Source: Vicinamibacterales bacterium
Lineage (GTDB): Bacteria; Acidobacteriota; Vicinamibacteria; Vicinamibacterales; CAZQMT01
Length of the DNA: 64,000 nucleotides
Reading direction: 5' to 3'
Assembly: GCA_965197935.1 (NCBI GenBank)
Contig: CBDAOD010000003.1
Location: 919,171 to 983,170, forward strand
Shown here: in pieces, positions 51,442 to 60,464 of the stretch
How positions within the stretch are numbered: the stretch's first letter is position 1
How the letters are laid out: each line of letters opens with the position of its first letter
Program-made: the position numbers and the translations under genes
Notes under the pieces: model-generated
Database searches by the model: none
What the model was told of the DNA's origin: nothing
Seen by the model: only the letters and a program-made list of their open reading frames with translations

Positions 51442-52365
51442 ATGCGACTGAAGGCAGAGAGGCCCAGTCGGCGCGGACGGTGGGTGACCAGCCTGGCTCT
51501 CGTTGTGTGTGGCCTGACGGGGTTCGTTCCCGCTGGAGACGAACGGGCGCACGCTCAGGCAGCCGGTGCGCAGCCGGAAGCCGTGGGCCGATTGAATACG
51601 ATCATCGAGAACGCCGAGCAGGGGAAGCTCAGCTTCAACGGCGAGTCGTGGCAGATGATGCCCGACAACGAACACAACATCTTCGGAGTCATCGCCCTTC
51701 AGGCCGCGATGGCCGAGAACCGCCCGGAAGGTGCCGAGCGGTTCTTGCTGCCGCCAGTCGTTCGAATGAGCCTGGAGGCCAACCATCTCGAGAAGCACAG
51801 GGTCAAGCAGTATCTGGATGCGGGCCTCATGGGCCTGATTCTGTCCCAGTCGGAGACCCTCGACCAGGTACGGGAGTTCATCAGCATGATGCGATACCCC
51901 CCGCAGGGGGCGTTCTACGCGACGGGGCCGAGAGGACGCCGCGGTTGGGCGCCGACCGCGGCGACCCGGTACTGGGGCGTCGACATGGACACCTACATGC
52001 GCAAGGCCGATCTGTGGCCGTTGAATCCGGACGGAGAGCTCTTGGCCATCGTCCTGCTAGAGACCAAGGCGCAAGTGGAGAACATCGAGCAACTCCTCGA
52101 GTTGCCGGGGTTGGGCGCGGTGATGTTTGGCACGGCGGACATGAGCATGAGCTACGGGCTCGGGACGCCGGCCCCTCCCCCGAACCACCCGATCATCATG
52201 GCCAACATCGAACGGTTCGCACGGGCGTGTGCCGCGCATCACGCCAGGGGCGGAAAAGTGATTTGCGGCGCCTATCAGACTCCGCAGGGCCTCGCGACCG
52301 CCGTCGAGCAGGGCCTCACGATGTTCACCACTCAGCGGGGCGATTTCCGTGGAGACTCGCGTTGA
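51442..52365 (+). CDS. HpcH/HpaI aldolase-family protein with N-terminal export signal
   Basis: VKQYLDAG..GLI, MRYPP.G, GRRGW, LLET, MFGTADMS. Confidence 0.82.
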   Translation: MRLKAERPSRRGRWVTSLALVVCGLTGFVPAGDERAHAQAAGAQPEAVGRLNTIIENAEQGKLSFNGESWQMMPDNEHNIFGVIALQAAMAENRPEGAERFLLPPVVRMSLEANHLEKHRVKQYLDAGLMGLILSQSETLDQVREFISMMRYPPQGAFYATGPRGRRGWAPTAATRYWGVDMDTYMRKADLWPLNPDGELLAIVLLETKAQVENIEQLLELPGLGAVMFGTADMSMSYGLGTPAPPPNHPIIMANIERFARACAAHHARGGKVICGAYQTPQGLATAVEQGLTMFTTQRGDFRGDSR

Positions 52366-52476
52366 TGGGAGGGAGCGTGGCAATGGTCAAGGCGCACCAT
52401 GGCGACGACGCGCAGTTCTGTGATGCCCGTCCGATGAGGAGTAGAGATTTCCGCAAGGGCGTCGATTGCGTCCTTG

Positions 52477-52983
52477 ATGACATTAGATGCTTCAACGCCC
52501 CTCGCGCGCGCCATCTTGACCCTCGGCATCATCAGCCTGCTGAGCGTGCCCGTTGCGGGTGCGCAGGAGGATGATGGGCGGATTCTGCAATCCGCCGCCG
52601 CACAGGCCAGCCAGCTCGATCCGGTCACCGCCCGCCGCCCCCTGGGCCCGGCGCTTCCGGCGTTTGCTCGACCACCCGGGCGGCCAGCGGGGTTGGTCCC
52701 GCTCTACGTCTCGTTCGGCCTGCTGCAGATGCTCGACGCCCACTCGACGACCCGGGCCCTGGAGAACGGCGCCGTCGAGACCAACCCGTTCCTGACCAAG
52801 ATCGCGGGCAACCCAACCGCCTTCTATGCCACGAAGGCGGCGACGTCTGCCGCCGCGATCTACTTCGCAGAGAAGCTGTGGAAGCGCAACCGGGCGGCGA
52901 GCCTGGTGATGATGATCGCCCTCAACTCGACCTATGGCATGGTCGTCCGGCACAACTACGCAGTGGCCGGCGTGGGGAAGTAG
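52477..52983 (+). CDS. Hypothetical membrane protein (DUF5658-like)
   Basis: LQMLDAHST..AL.NGA.ETNPF, K....A motif, hydrophobic helices. Confidence 0.65.
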   Translation: MTLDASTPLARAILTLGIISLLSVPVAGAQEDDGRILQSAAAQASQLDPVTARRPLGPALPAFARPPGRPAGLVPLYVSFGLLQMLDAHSTTRALENGAVETNPFLTKIAGNPTAFYATKAATSAAAIYFAEKLWKRNRAASLVMMIALNSTYGMVVRHNYAVAGVGK

Positions 52984-53097
52984 CGCCGGCAGGCGGACCA
53001 CGGAGACTGGCCGCCTTCAGGGTTTGCCTGGCGGCCGCCGTTCCACCCCATACAAGACTGACAACGTAGCACTCGAGGCGGCGAGGTGGGCGGTTGC

Positions 53098-54237
53098 CTA
53101 CTTCGCGAGAACGAGCGGCTTGCCGACGAGCTTGCCTGGATCGGCGCCCGGTTTCGGGACGAACTTGTTCACCCATCCGCCGTCCCAGCTGGCGACATAG
53201 ACGTTGCCATCCTGGTCCACGTCGAGCTGGTGCGGGCGCGACAGGCCCCCCGCAAAGCCTCCCCGCGTCCCTCCGTACGCGCCCCAGTGGTACTCGAGCT
53301 CGCCGTCCCGGCTGTACTTGAGCATGCGGTTCAGTCTCGCCGAGATCACCCAGACCGCGTCGTGCTCGTCGATGAAGACGCCAACGGGATCGGAGATGTC
53401 GGGCCATTCCTCGATGAACTCACCGTCCTCCGTGAAGATCTGAATGCGGTTGTTGGTCCGGTCGCCGACGTAGACGCGGTGATCCCGGTCGACCGCGACG
53501 CCGTGAACGAGGTCGAACTGCCCAGGGCCGCTCCCGAGCTCCCCCCACTCCATCACGTACTCGCCGCCCGCGTTGTACTTGACGATGCGCGAGTGCCAGT
53601 ACCCGTCGCCGAGATAGAAGCTGCCGTCGGGGAGGAAGGCGAGCACCGCCGGGTCACCGTAGGTGAAGGGACCGGGGTGCGGGTTTGCCCGCGCCTCTGC
53701 CCGGCTCGTCGGGTGGTTGGGGTCGACGAGCCGCATCACCAATCCACTTCCGTCGTTGGTGAACTTGAGGATCTGCATGTTGACCCCCCTGCCGCCACCG
53801 CGCTCGACGACCCAGACGTGGCGCTCCGGATCGTAGGGACTGATGTACACCTGGTGGGGCTTGTTGAGGATCGAGTCCCACTGCGTCCATCTCTCCACGA
53901 TGGCGCCGGTCCGGTCGGCGACCACGAGGTAGTTCGTGCCGCCCTCCCGCTCTTGCCCTTCAGCGTTTCGGTCCCCCCACACCGCCACGATGATCCGGTT
54001 TGGGTTGTCCACCGCGATGCCCGACACCTGCCCCCAGGTCCACGGTCCCTCGTGGTCGGGCGCCGGCTTCCACCAATTCTCGACGGCCTCGTATTCACCG
54101 GTCCTCTCGTCTCCACCCTTCATGATCGCTGCCTGCGATCCCGATTGCGGCTCGGCCTGGCTCTCGACGGCGTAGGCCGAGAGCATCGCCACCGCGGCGG
54201 CGAGGACAGGGGCCACACGCATACGCTCCGGTCTCAT
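53098..54237 (-). CDS. NHL-repeat protein (PAL-like)
   Basis: GAGGAGG RBS, WWKPAPDH, DGYWHSRIVKY, GPGQFDLVHGVAVD, PHQLDVD. Confidence 0.88.
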   Translation of the reverse strand: MRPERMRVAPVLAAAVAMLSAYAVESQAEPQSGSQAAIMKGGDERTGEYEAVENWWKPAPDHEGPWTWGQVSGIAVDNPNRIIVAVWGDRNAEGQEREGGTNYLVVADRTGAIVERWTQWDSILNKPHQVYISPYDPERHVWVVERGGGRGVNMQILKFTNDGSGLVMRLVDPNHPTSRAEARANPHPGPFTYGDPAVLAFLPDGSFYLGDGYWHSRIVKYNAGGEYVMEWGELGSGPGQFDLVHGVAVDRDHRVYVGDRTNNRIQIFTEDGEFIEEWPDISDPVGVFIDEHDAVWVISARLNRMLKYSRDGELEYHWGAYGGTRGGFAGGLSRPHQLDVDQDGNVYVASWDGGWVNKFVPKPGADPGKLVGKPLVLAK

Positions 54238-54464
54238 GATGCCTCCTCTTTGGAAGGGCTTCCGAGCAACGTGCTTGTTCACCCCGGTCGTCCCCGCAGA
54301 GCCTTCGCCGCCAGCAGCTTCACGTGCGCGCCGCCTCGCACCGACGGAGCCGTCGTCGCCGGGATGGCGCCATCGTCACGCCCTGACTCTGCCAGGGAAG
54401 CCGACCCGTGTCGACGCCGCAGCGCCGCACTCGATTGGTCGCGCTGGTCACGACCTGGGCTCGA

Positions 54465-54592
54465 CAGGGCACGAGGAGCGAGAATACCGGAGTTCCGGGT
54501 GTATGTGACCCTACGGGGCTGATGCCCGGCGCACTCTGTGTCGGGATGCAGCGCGGGCCGACTGCAGCAGGACTTCAACCACGGGCGGCTAG
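54465..54592 (+). mobile_element. Right half of a MITE-like element ending at the CTAG of the ThuA stop
   Basis: Core CAGGGCACGAGGAGCGAGAATACCGG resembles 11487-11512; end CAGGACTTCAACCACGGGCGGCTAG resembles 46225-46249. Confidence 0.55.
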
Positions 54593-55485
54593 TCCTCCAG
54601 GCGCAACGCCCAGCGAATGCCGCCCGTGAGGTGATGGCGGAACACGTCGTTCTGGGTCCAGCTCTCCTCGCGGTGCCCGAGGGAGGTATAGAACGACCGA
54701 CCCTGGCCGTAATCTCGCCACCAGGACTGCGGGTAGTCGCCGCCCGGGAACACTCGGCGCAGGCCCTCGAGATTGCTGTGCTCGGTGTCGAGGCTCAGCA
54801 GCACGTTCACGCGGTCGCGCGAAAACCCGATCGGTGGATGGAACTCGCCGGGCTGCGTCACATTGAACGTCGGATCTTCCTCAGCCCAGGGCAGCCACGC
54901 GTAGTTGTAGAGCTCTTCGTTGATGGGCCAGCTGTGGCCCAACATCCTCGTTGCCGGGTGAGTCGTATCCTCGACCTTGAGTGTGCTGATTCGGCCCGCC
55001 GCCATGTCCGGCATCGGGGTGATGGATCGCACGTAGTAGCCGCCCAGCATCTCCCCGAACTCGGGATATTCGTACATCGTCAACGCGGCGCAGTGGACGC
55101 CTATGAAGCCTCTGCCACTGCGCACGAAGTCGACGATCCCCTTCCGTTGCACGTCGGTCCACGGCAGGTCCCCGTTGGTCATCAGCATGAGACCATCGAA
55201 GGAGTCGAGGTGCTCCATCGTGAGGAAGCTCAGGTCGTGATTGCCGGCCGTCTTGTAACCCTCGTGGACCGTCACGTCAAAGCCGCCGGTCTTGCCGTAC
55301 TCGATGGCCATCCGCTCGGCGGCCGGCAGGCTGTCGTGACCGGTGCCCACACCCGGGTGTGTCAGGAACAGCAGCTTCTTGGGGGGCGGTGCTCCCTGAC
55401 CGCCGAGGGAGATACTCCACGTCAGCGCGACCAGGGAAGCCGTGACCAGCGTGAGGAGTGTCAGCCGCAGATTGTCCTGTCGCAT
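54589..55485 (-). CDS. ThuA-domain (class I GATase-like) exported protein
   Basis: LLFLTH..GH.S, GFIGVHCA, EELY, GRSFYTSLGH, HLTGGIRWA. Confidence 0.88.
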   Translation of the reverse strand: MRQDNLRLTLLTLVTASLVALTWSISLGGQGAPPPKKLLFLTHPGVGTGHDSLPAAERMAIEYGKTGGFDVTVHEGYKTAGNHDLSFLTMEHLDSFDGLMLMTNGDLPWTDVQRKGIVDFVRSGRGFIGVHCAALTMYEYPEFGEMLGGYYVRSITPMPDMAAGRISTLKVEDTTHPATRMLGHSWPINEELYNYAWLPWAEEDPTFNVTQPGEFHPPIGFSRDRVNVLLSLDTEHSNLEGLRRVFPGGDYPQSWWRDYGQGRSFYTSLGHREESWTQNDVFRHHLTGGIRWALRLED

Positions 55486-55554
55486 AGGTCGAAGATGCTA
55501 GCGGATCCTCACGACCGGCGCAAGGCCCCGACGGGCCGCCTCATGCATGGTACG

Positions 55555-56404
55555 TCATGGGACCGTCGGATCGTTGGCTCGGTCCGCCCGCAGCGCCTCC
55601 TTGAGCTGTCTGAGCGCATTTCGCGCCTCTCGCAGTGCGGGCCGCAATTGTTCAACCTGAGACCGGAGACGATCCAGTTCACTACGGTCGGCCCCCTGTA
55701 CCTCCCTCATCTGACGCACCTGTCAGCGTGCCCGGATAGATCGTCTCTCACCTGGTCGATCTCGCGCCGGAGGTTGTGGACAGTCTCCAGCGCCGCAGCG
55801 ATGCTGGATTGTTGCCTGACCATCTCCTTACCCAAATCGTCTAGCCTGTCGCCCTGATTCGCATGCGTCCGAGTCGTCTGTGCAAGATCGCCGGATAGAT
55901 CGTCTCTCACCTGGTCGATCTCGCGCCGGAGGTTGTGGACAGTCTCCAGCGCCGCAGCGATGCTGGATTGTTGCCTGACCATCTCCTTACCCAAATCGTC
56001 TAGCTGTCGCCCTGATTCGCATACGTCCGAGTCGTCTGTGCAAGATCGGCGGTGTCGCCCACCGACGCGGAGTTGGTGTCGAGCAGTTCCTGTCGGTTCT
56101 CTGCGAGGGCCTGTCTGGCGTTCTCTAACCCGGACAAACCGTCGCGCCGGATCATGTCCGTTTCCACAGGACGGAATCGATCCTCGGCACCAGACTCGAG
56201 TTCGACGCTGGAACCATCGGATGGCTTCGCCCGCAGACGGTCTGACGGCCCGCCAAGCAGCAACCCCCGTGCAAAGAAGCGCTCCGAGCAGATCTTGCAC
56301 CGCATCCGGAGTAAAAGGAACTTGCGCGGCCAATAGACGCCGGAGTTACCGCGTTGGCTGATAGCGACGTCGTTCGATGAGCAATTGGGACAGGACACGA
56401 TCAT
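55555..56404 (-). pseudogene. Zn-ribbon plus repeated coiled-coil protein, frameshifted
   Basis: MIVSCPNC...CKIC, then 53-aa repeats (DLAQTTRTHANQGDRLDDLGKEMVRQQSSIAAALETVHNLRREIDQVRDDLSG) and a tail SELDRLRSQVEQLRPALRE...TVP*; two frame changes. Confidence 0.55.
55732..56048. repeat. Tandem duplication, 2 x 159 bp
   Basis: Units start at 55732 and 55891; they differ by one substitution and one missing C near 56004. Confidence 0.92.
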
Positions 56405-56441
56405 GTCTGTTGCGACGGACGGCGTTGGTGCACGACTCTAG

Positions 56442-57434
56442 TACTACTTTGTTAGATCGCACAATTTGGGCGAGATCCGACAAGTGATCTAATTTGAGGA
56501 CATTGTACTTTTCCGGCGAATTCGGGACCCTGCGCGGTAGTGCACGACCGCCGCACGGTGGGGCAGTTGCGTCGCCTGATGAGATGGCTCGAGGCCTTCA
56601 AGGCGTGCTTCGGCCAGCGCGCACAGGAGCTGGCGTTGCGCCGGTACGTCCAGGGGTTGCTCAGCGACAGCCCGCGCAAGTCGATGGAAGCGATGCTGGC
56701 GCGGGGGACCGATCCCGGGGGCTATCAAGCGTTCCAACACTTCATCACCGATGCGCCGTGGAGTGCCGACGGCGTCTGGCGCTGCCTGCGGGCGGTGCTG
56801 CCCGAACGCGAAGGGCTGGTGATCTTCGCTGGCACGAGTTTCCCCCAGCCAGGGACGTCCTCGGTCGGGGTGGCCCGCCAGTACTGTGGGGCCGTGGGGA
56901 AAGTCGCCAATGGCCAAGTGGCGGTCACCGCGGCGCTGTGGACCGGGCTGCGCGCCTACTTGCTGGGGGCCGCGCTCTATGTGCCCGAGGCGTGGCTGAC
57001 CGACGCCGCCCGCGATCGGGCGCGGCTTCCCCGGGGTGTCCGGTTGCAGGCGAAGTGGCGCCAAGCGCTCACCCTGCTCCGGCAGGTGCGCGCCAGCGGC
57101 CTCACCGGCACCGGCGTGCTGGCCGATGCGGAGTTTGGCGATACCGGCCTGTTTCGGGCCATGTGGCATCGGTTGCGGCTCCCCTATGCGGTGGGGATTT
57201 CCTCGTCGCAGACCGTGTTCCTGGGGCGGCCGCGCCTCGGGCACCGGCGGGGCGGCCGGCTGGGGCGCCCGCGCACCCGGCCAGACCTGGCGGCGGGCGG
57301 GCGGGCGTACACGGTGGCCCAGGCCGCCAAGGCGCAGCCGCGGTGGCGGCCCATCAGCTGGCGCAACCGCCGCGGCGGGCGCCGCTGGACGGTCCAGTGT
57401 GTGGCCCTGCGGGTGACCCCGGCCCACGACTGGC
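56442..57434 (+). mobile_element. IS701-family element, copy 4, 3'-truncated
   Basis: CTAG at 56438-56441 and intact left IR; identity with the other copies stops after CACGACTGGC at 57434. Confidence 0.93.
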
Positions 57435-59820
57435 CAGTCTGGCCGCCACGTTCGGCCGGGGGGCAATGACCAACCACTGGAAGGACATCAAGAACGCCGA
57501 TGTCGTCCTGGTGATGGGAGCGAACCCGGCGGAGAACCACCCCTGCGGTTTCAAGTGGGCCGTCGAGGCGCGTGACCACCGCGGCGCCAAGCTGGTCACC
57601 ATTGACCCGCGCTTCACGCGGACTTCGGCGGTCGCCGACAAGCACCTGCAGATCCGGCCGGGCGCCGACATCGCGGTGCTCGGCGGGTTCATCCGTCACA
57701 TCCTCGAGCACGACCTGTATCACGCCGACTACGTCCGTGCGCACACCAATGCGTCATTCATCGTGACGGGGGAGTTTGGCTTCGAGGATGGCCTGTTTGC
57801 CGGATTCGACGAGGCGGCCAGCGCCTACGACAAGACAGCCTGGGACTACCAGCGGGGCGCCGACGGGTACGTGCGCCGGGACCCGTCGCTCGAGGACCCG
57901 CAGTGCGTCTTCCAGCTCCTGAGGCGGCACTACAGTCGCTACACCCCTGACGTCGTCGCGCAGATCGCCGGCTGCTCGGAGGAAGACTTCCGCCGGATGG
58001 CCGACATCATCTGCTCGACCGGGACCGGCCGACCGGGTCGGGACGATCATGTACGCCGTCGGCTGGACGATGCACACGGTGGGCAGCCAGATCATCAGGA
58101 CGGCGGCGATCGTCCAGCTGTTGCTCGGCAACATCGGGCGCCCCGGCGGGGGCATCAACGCGCTGCGCGGTCATGCCAACGTGCAGGGTGCCACCGACCA
58201 TGCGATCGTCGCCGACATCCTTCCGGGTTATCTCAAGATCCCGACGCCTGGCCAGACCTCGCTCCGTGAGCACTTCGACGACTCGACGCCGAAGCCCCTC
58301 GTCCCGGACACGGTCAACTACTGGGGGAATTACCCGAAGTTCTATGTCTCGCAGATGAAGGCGTGGTTCGGCGAGCACGCGACCGAGGCGAACGACTTCG
58401 CCTACGACTACCTGGGCAAGCCAGCCGACGATGCGACCTGGCTGAGCATCTGGAACGAGGCGTTCCAGGGCCGGCTCGAGGGTTTCATCGCGCTCGGGTT
58501 CAACCCACTCCTGGCCGGTCCCGATGTGGCGCGTCTGCTGCAGGCGATGTCCAGGCTGAAGTGGAAGGTGGTCATCGATCCCTTCATGCTCGATTCGGCC
58601 GAGTTCTGGAAGGCGCCCGGCATGAACCCGGCGGAGATCGACACCGAGGTCCTGTATCTGCCCAGCACGCACTGGATCGAACGCGATGGTTCGTTCACCA
58701 ACAGCGGCCGGTGGGCGCAGTGGAAGGAGCAGGCGATCGATCCGCCGATCGGCGTGCGGTCAGATACCTGGATCCTGTCCGAGCTGTTCTGGCGCGTGAA
58801 GGAGCTCTATCAGGCGGAGGGGGGCGCGTACGACGACCCGATCCAGTACCTGACCTGGGGCTACTTGAACCCGCGCGAGCCGACGCTGGTCGAGCTGGCG
58901 CAGGAGATCAACGGCCGCGATCTGACCACCGGCCGCTTGCTGCGTCGTTCGGCGAGCTTCGGGACGACGGCACGACCGCCTCGGGCAACTGGCTCTACAG
59001 CGGGAGCTACACCGAGGCGGGGAACCAGATGGCCCGGAAGGGAACCGCCGACCCGACCGGGATGGGTATGCACCACGGCTGGGCCTTCAGCTGGCCGCTC
59101 AACCGGCGCGTGCTCTACAACCGCGCCTCCGCCGACGCGGAGGGTCATCCCTGGGATCGAAGCCGCGCGGGCATCGCCTGGGACGGACGGGAGTGGGTTG
59201 GCGACGTGCCCGACTACGGCCGGACGACGCCGCCCGGCGGACCGGGCGCCTTCATCATGACGGAGGATGGCGTGGCCCGGCTGTTCAGCAGCCACCTCGC
59301 CGACGGGCCGTTCTCCGAGCACTACGAGCCGGCCGAGAGCCCGACGACCAACACCCTGCACGAGAACGTGCCAGTGAACCCGGTCGTCAGGTGGTACGAC
59401 GGCGTTCGCGACACGCTCGCCCAGGCGGGCGACGACTTTCCGTACGCCTGCACCGTGTATCGCGTCGTCGAGCGCGAGCACTTCGTGACCAGCAACGTCC
59501 CGTATCTGGTCGAGGCGATGCCCGACTTCTTCGTCGAGGTGCCCGACGGGCTGGCGCGGGAGAAGGACATCCCCAACGGCAGTCGTGTCCGTGTCTGGTC
59601 GAAGCGGGGCGAGGTCGAGGGCACGGCGGTCGTCACCAAGCGGATCCGGCCGCTCACGGTCAACGGTCGAACGGTCTGGACGATCGGCATCCCGGTCCAC
59701 TGGGGCTTCGTGGGGCTGACGACCGGATCGATGGCCAATCAGCTCGCGCCGTTCATCGGTGACGCCAACACCCGGTGCCCCGAGTTCAAGGCGTTCTGCG
59801 TGAATCTCGAGAAGGCCTGA
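57431..59820 (+). pseudogene. fdnG: Formate dehydrogenase-N alpha subunit, lacking roughly 200 N-terminal aa, with two indels (~58027, ~58942)
   Basis: SLAATFGRGAMTNHW, NPAENHP, DPRFTRTS, YAVGWT, NALRGHANVQGATD, FSEHYEP, PVHWGF, PEFKAF. Confidence 0.9.
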
Positions 59821-60464
59821 TGGCCGACACCCTCTCCATCCGGCGCGTGTCGGCGAGCCCGAGGGGCACGATCCCGCTCGACGCGCTGCGCTCGGGCGGG
59901 CCGACCTACGCGAAGCTGGTGGACATCTCGAAGTACATCGGCTGCAAAGGCTGCGAGGTCGCCTGCAAGGAGTGGAACGACCTGCCGGTCGAGCCGACGG
60001 CCAACTTCGGCAGCTACCAGAGTCACCAGGATCTCTCGCCCGCTACCTGGCTCCTGATGCGGTTCGACGAGGTGGAGGTCGACGGCGATCTGCGGTGGCT
60101 GATCAAGAAGGATGCCTGTCTCCATTGTGAGGACCCCGGGTGCCTGTTCGCCTGCCCGGCGCCGGGCGCCATCGTGCAGTACACGAACGGCATCGTCGAC
60201 TTCAATCAGGAGAACTGCATCGGCTGCCAGTACTGCGTCACCGGGTGCCCATTCGACATCCCGCGCTTCGACAGGAACACGCGCACGGTGTCGAAGTGCA
60301 ACATGTGCGTCGACCGGGTCGAATCGGGTCTCGAGCCCGCCTGCGTCAAGACGTGCCCCACCAATGCCATCGCCTGGGGGAGCAAGCAGGACATGCTCGC
60401 GCTGGCCGATCGGAAGGTCGAGACGCTGAGGAACCGGGGCTACGCCAAGGGGATGTCCCAGTAG
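59820..60464 (+). pseudogene. fdnH: Formate dehydrogenase beta (4Fe-4S) subunit, C-terminally cut by IS256; first Cys is Tyr
   Basis: SKYIGCKGCEVAC, CLHCEDPGC, CIGCQYC, KCNMC..R...PACVKTCP; ends GYAKGMSQ* inside the IS end. Confidence 0.88.

Noticed and set aside
55732-56048. Repeat array as CRISPR
   Set aside because: Two contiguous 159-bp coding units, no spacers, no cas genes
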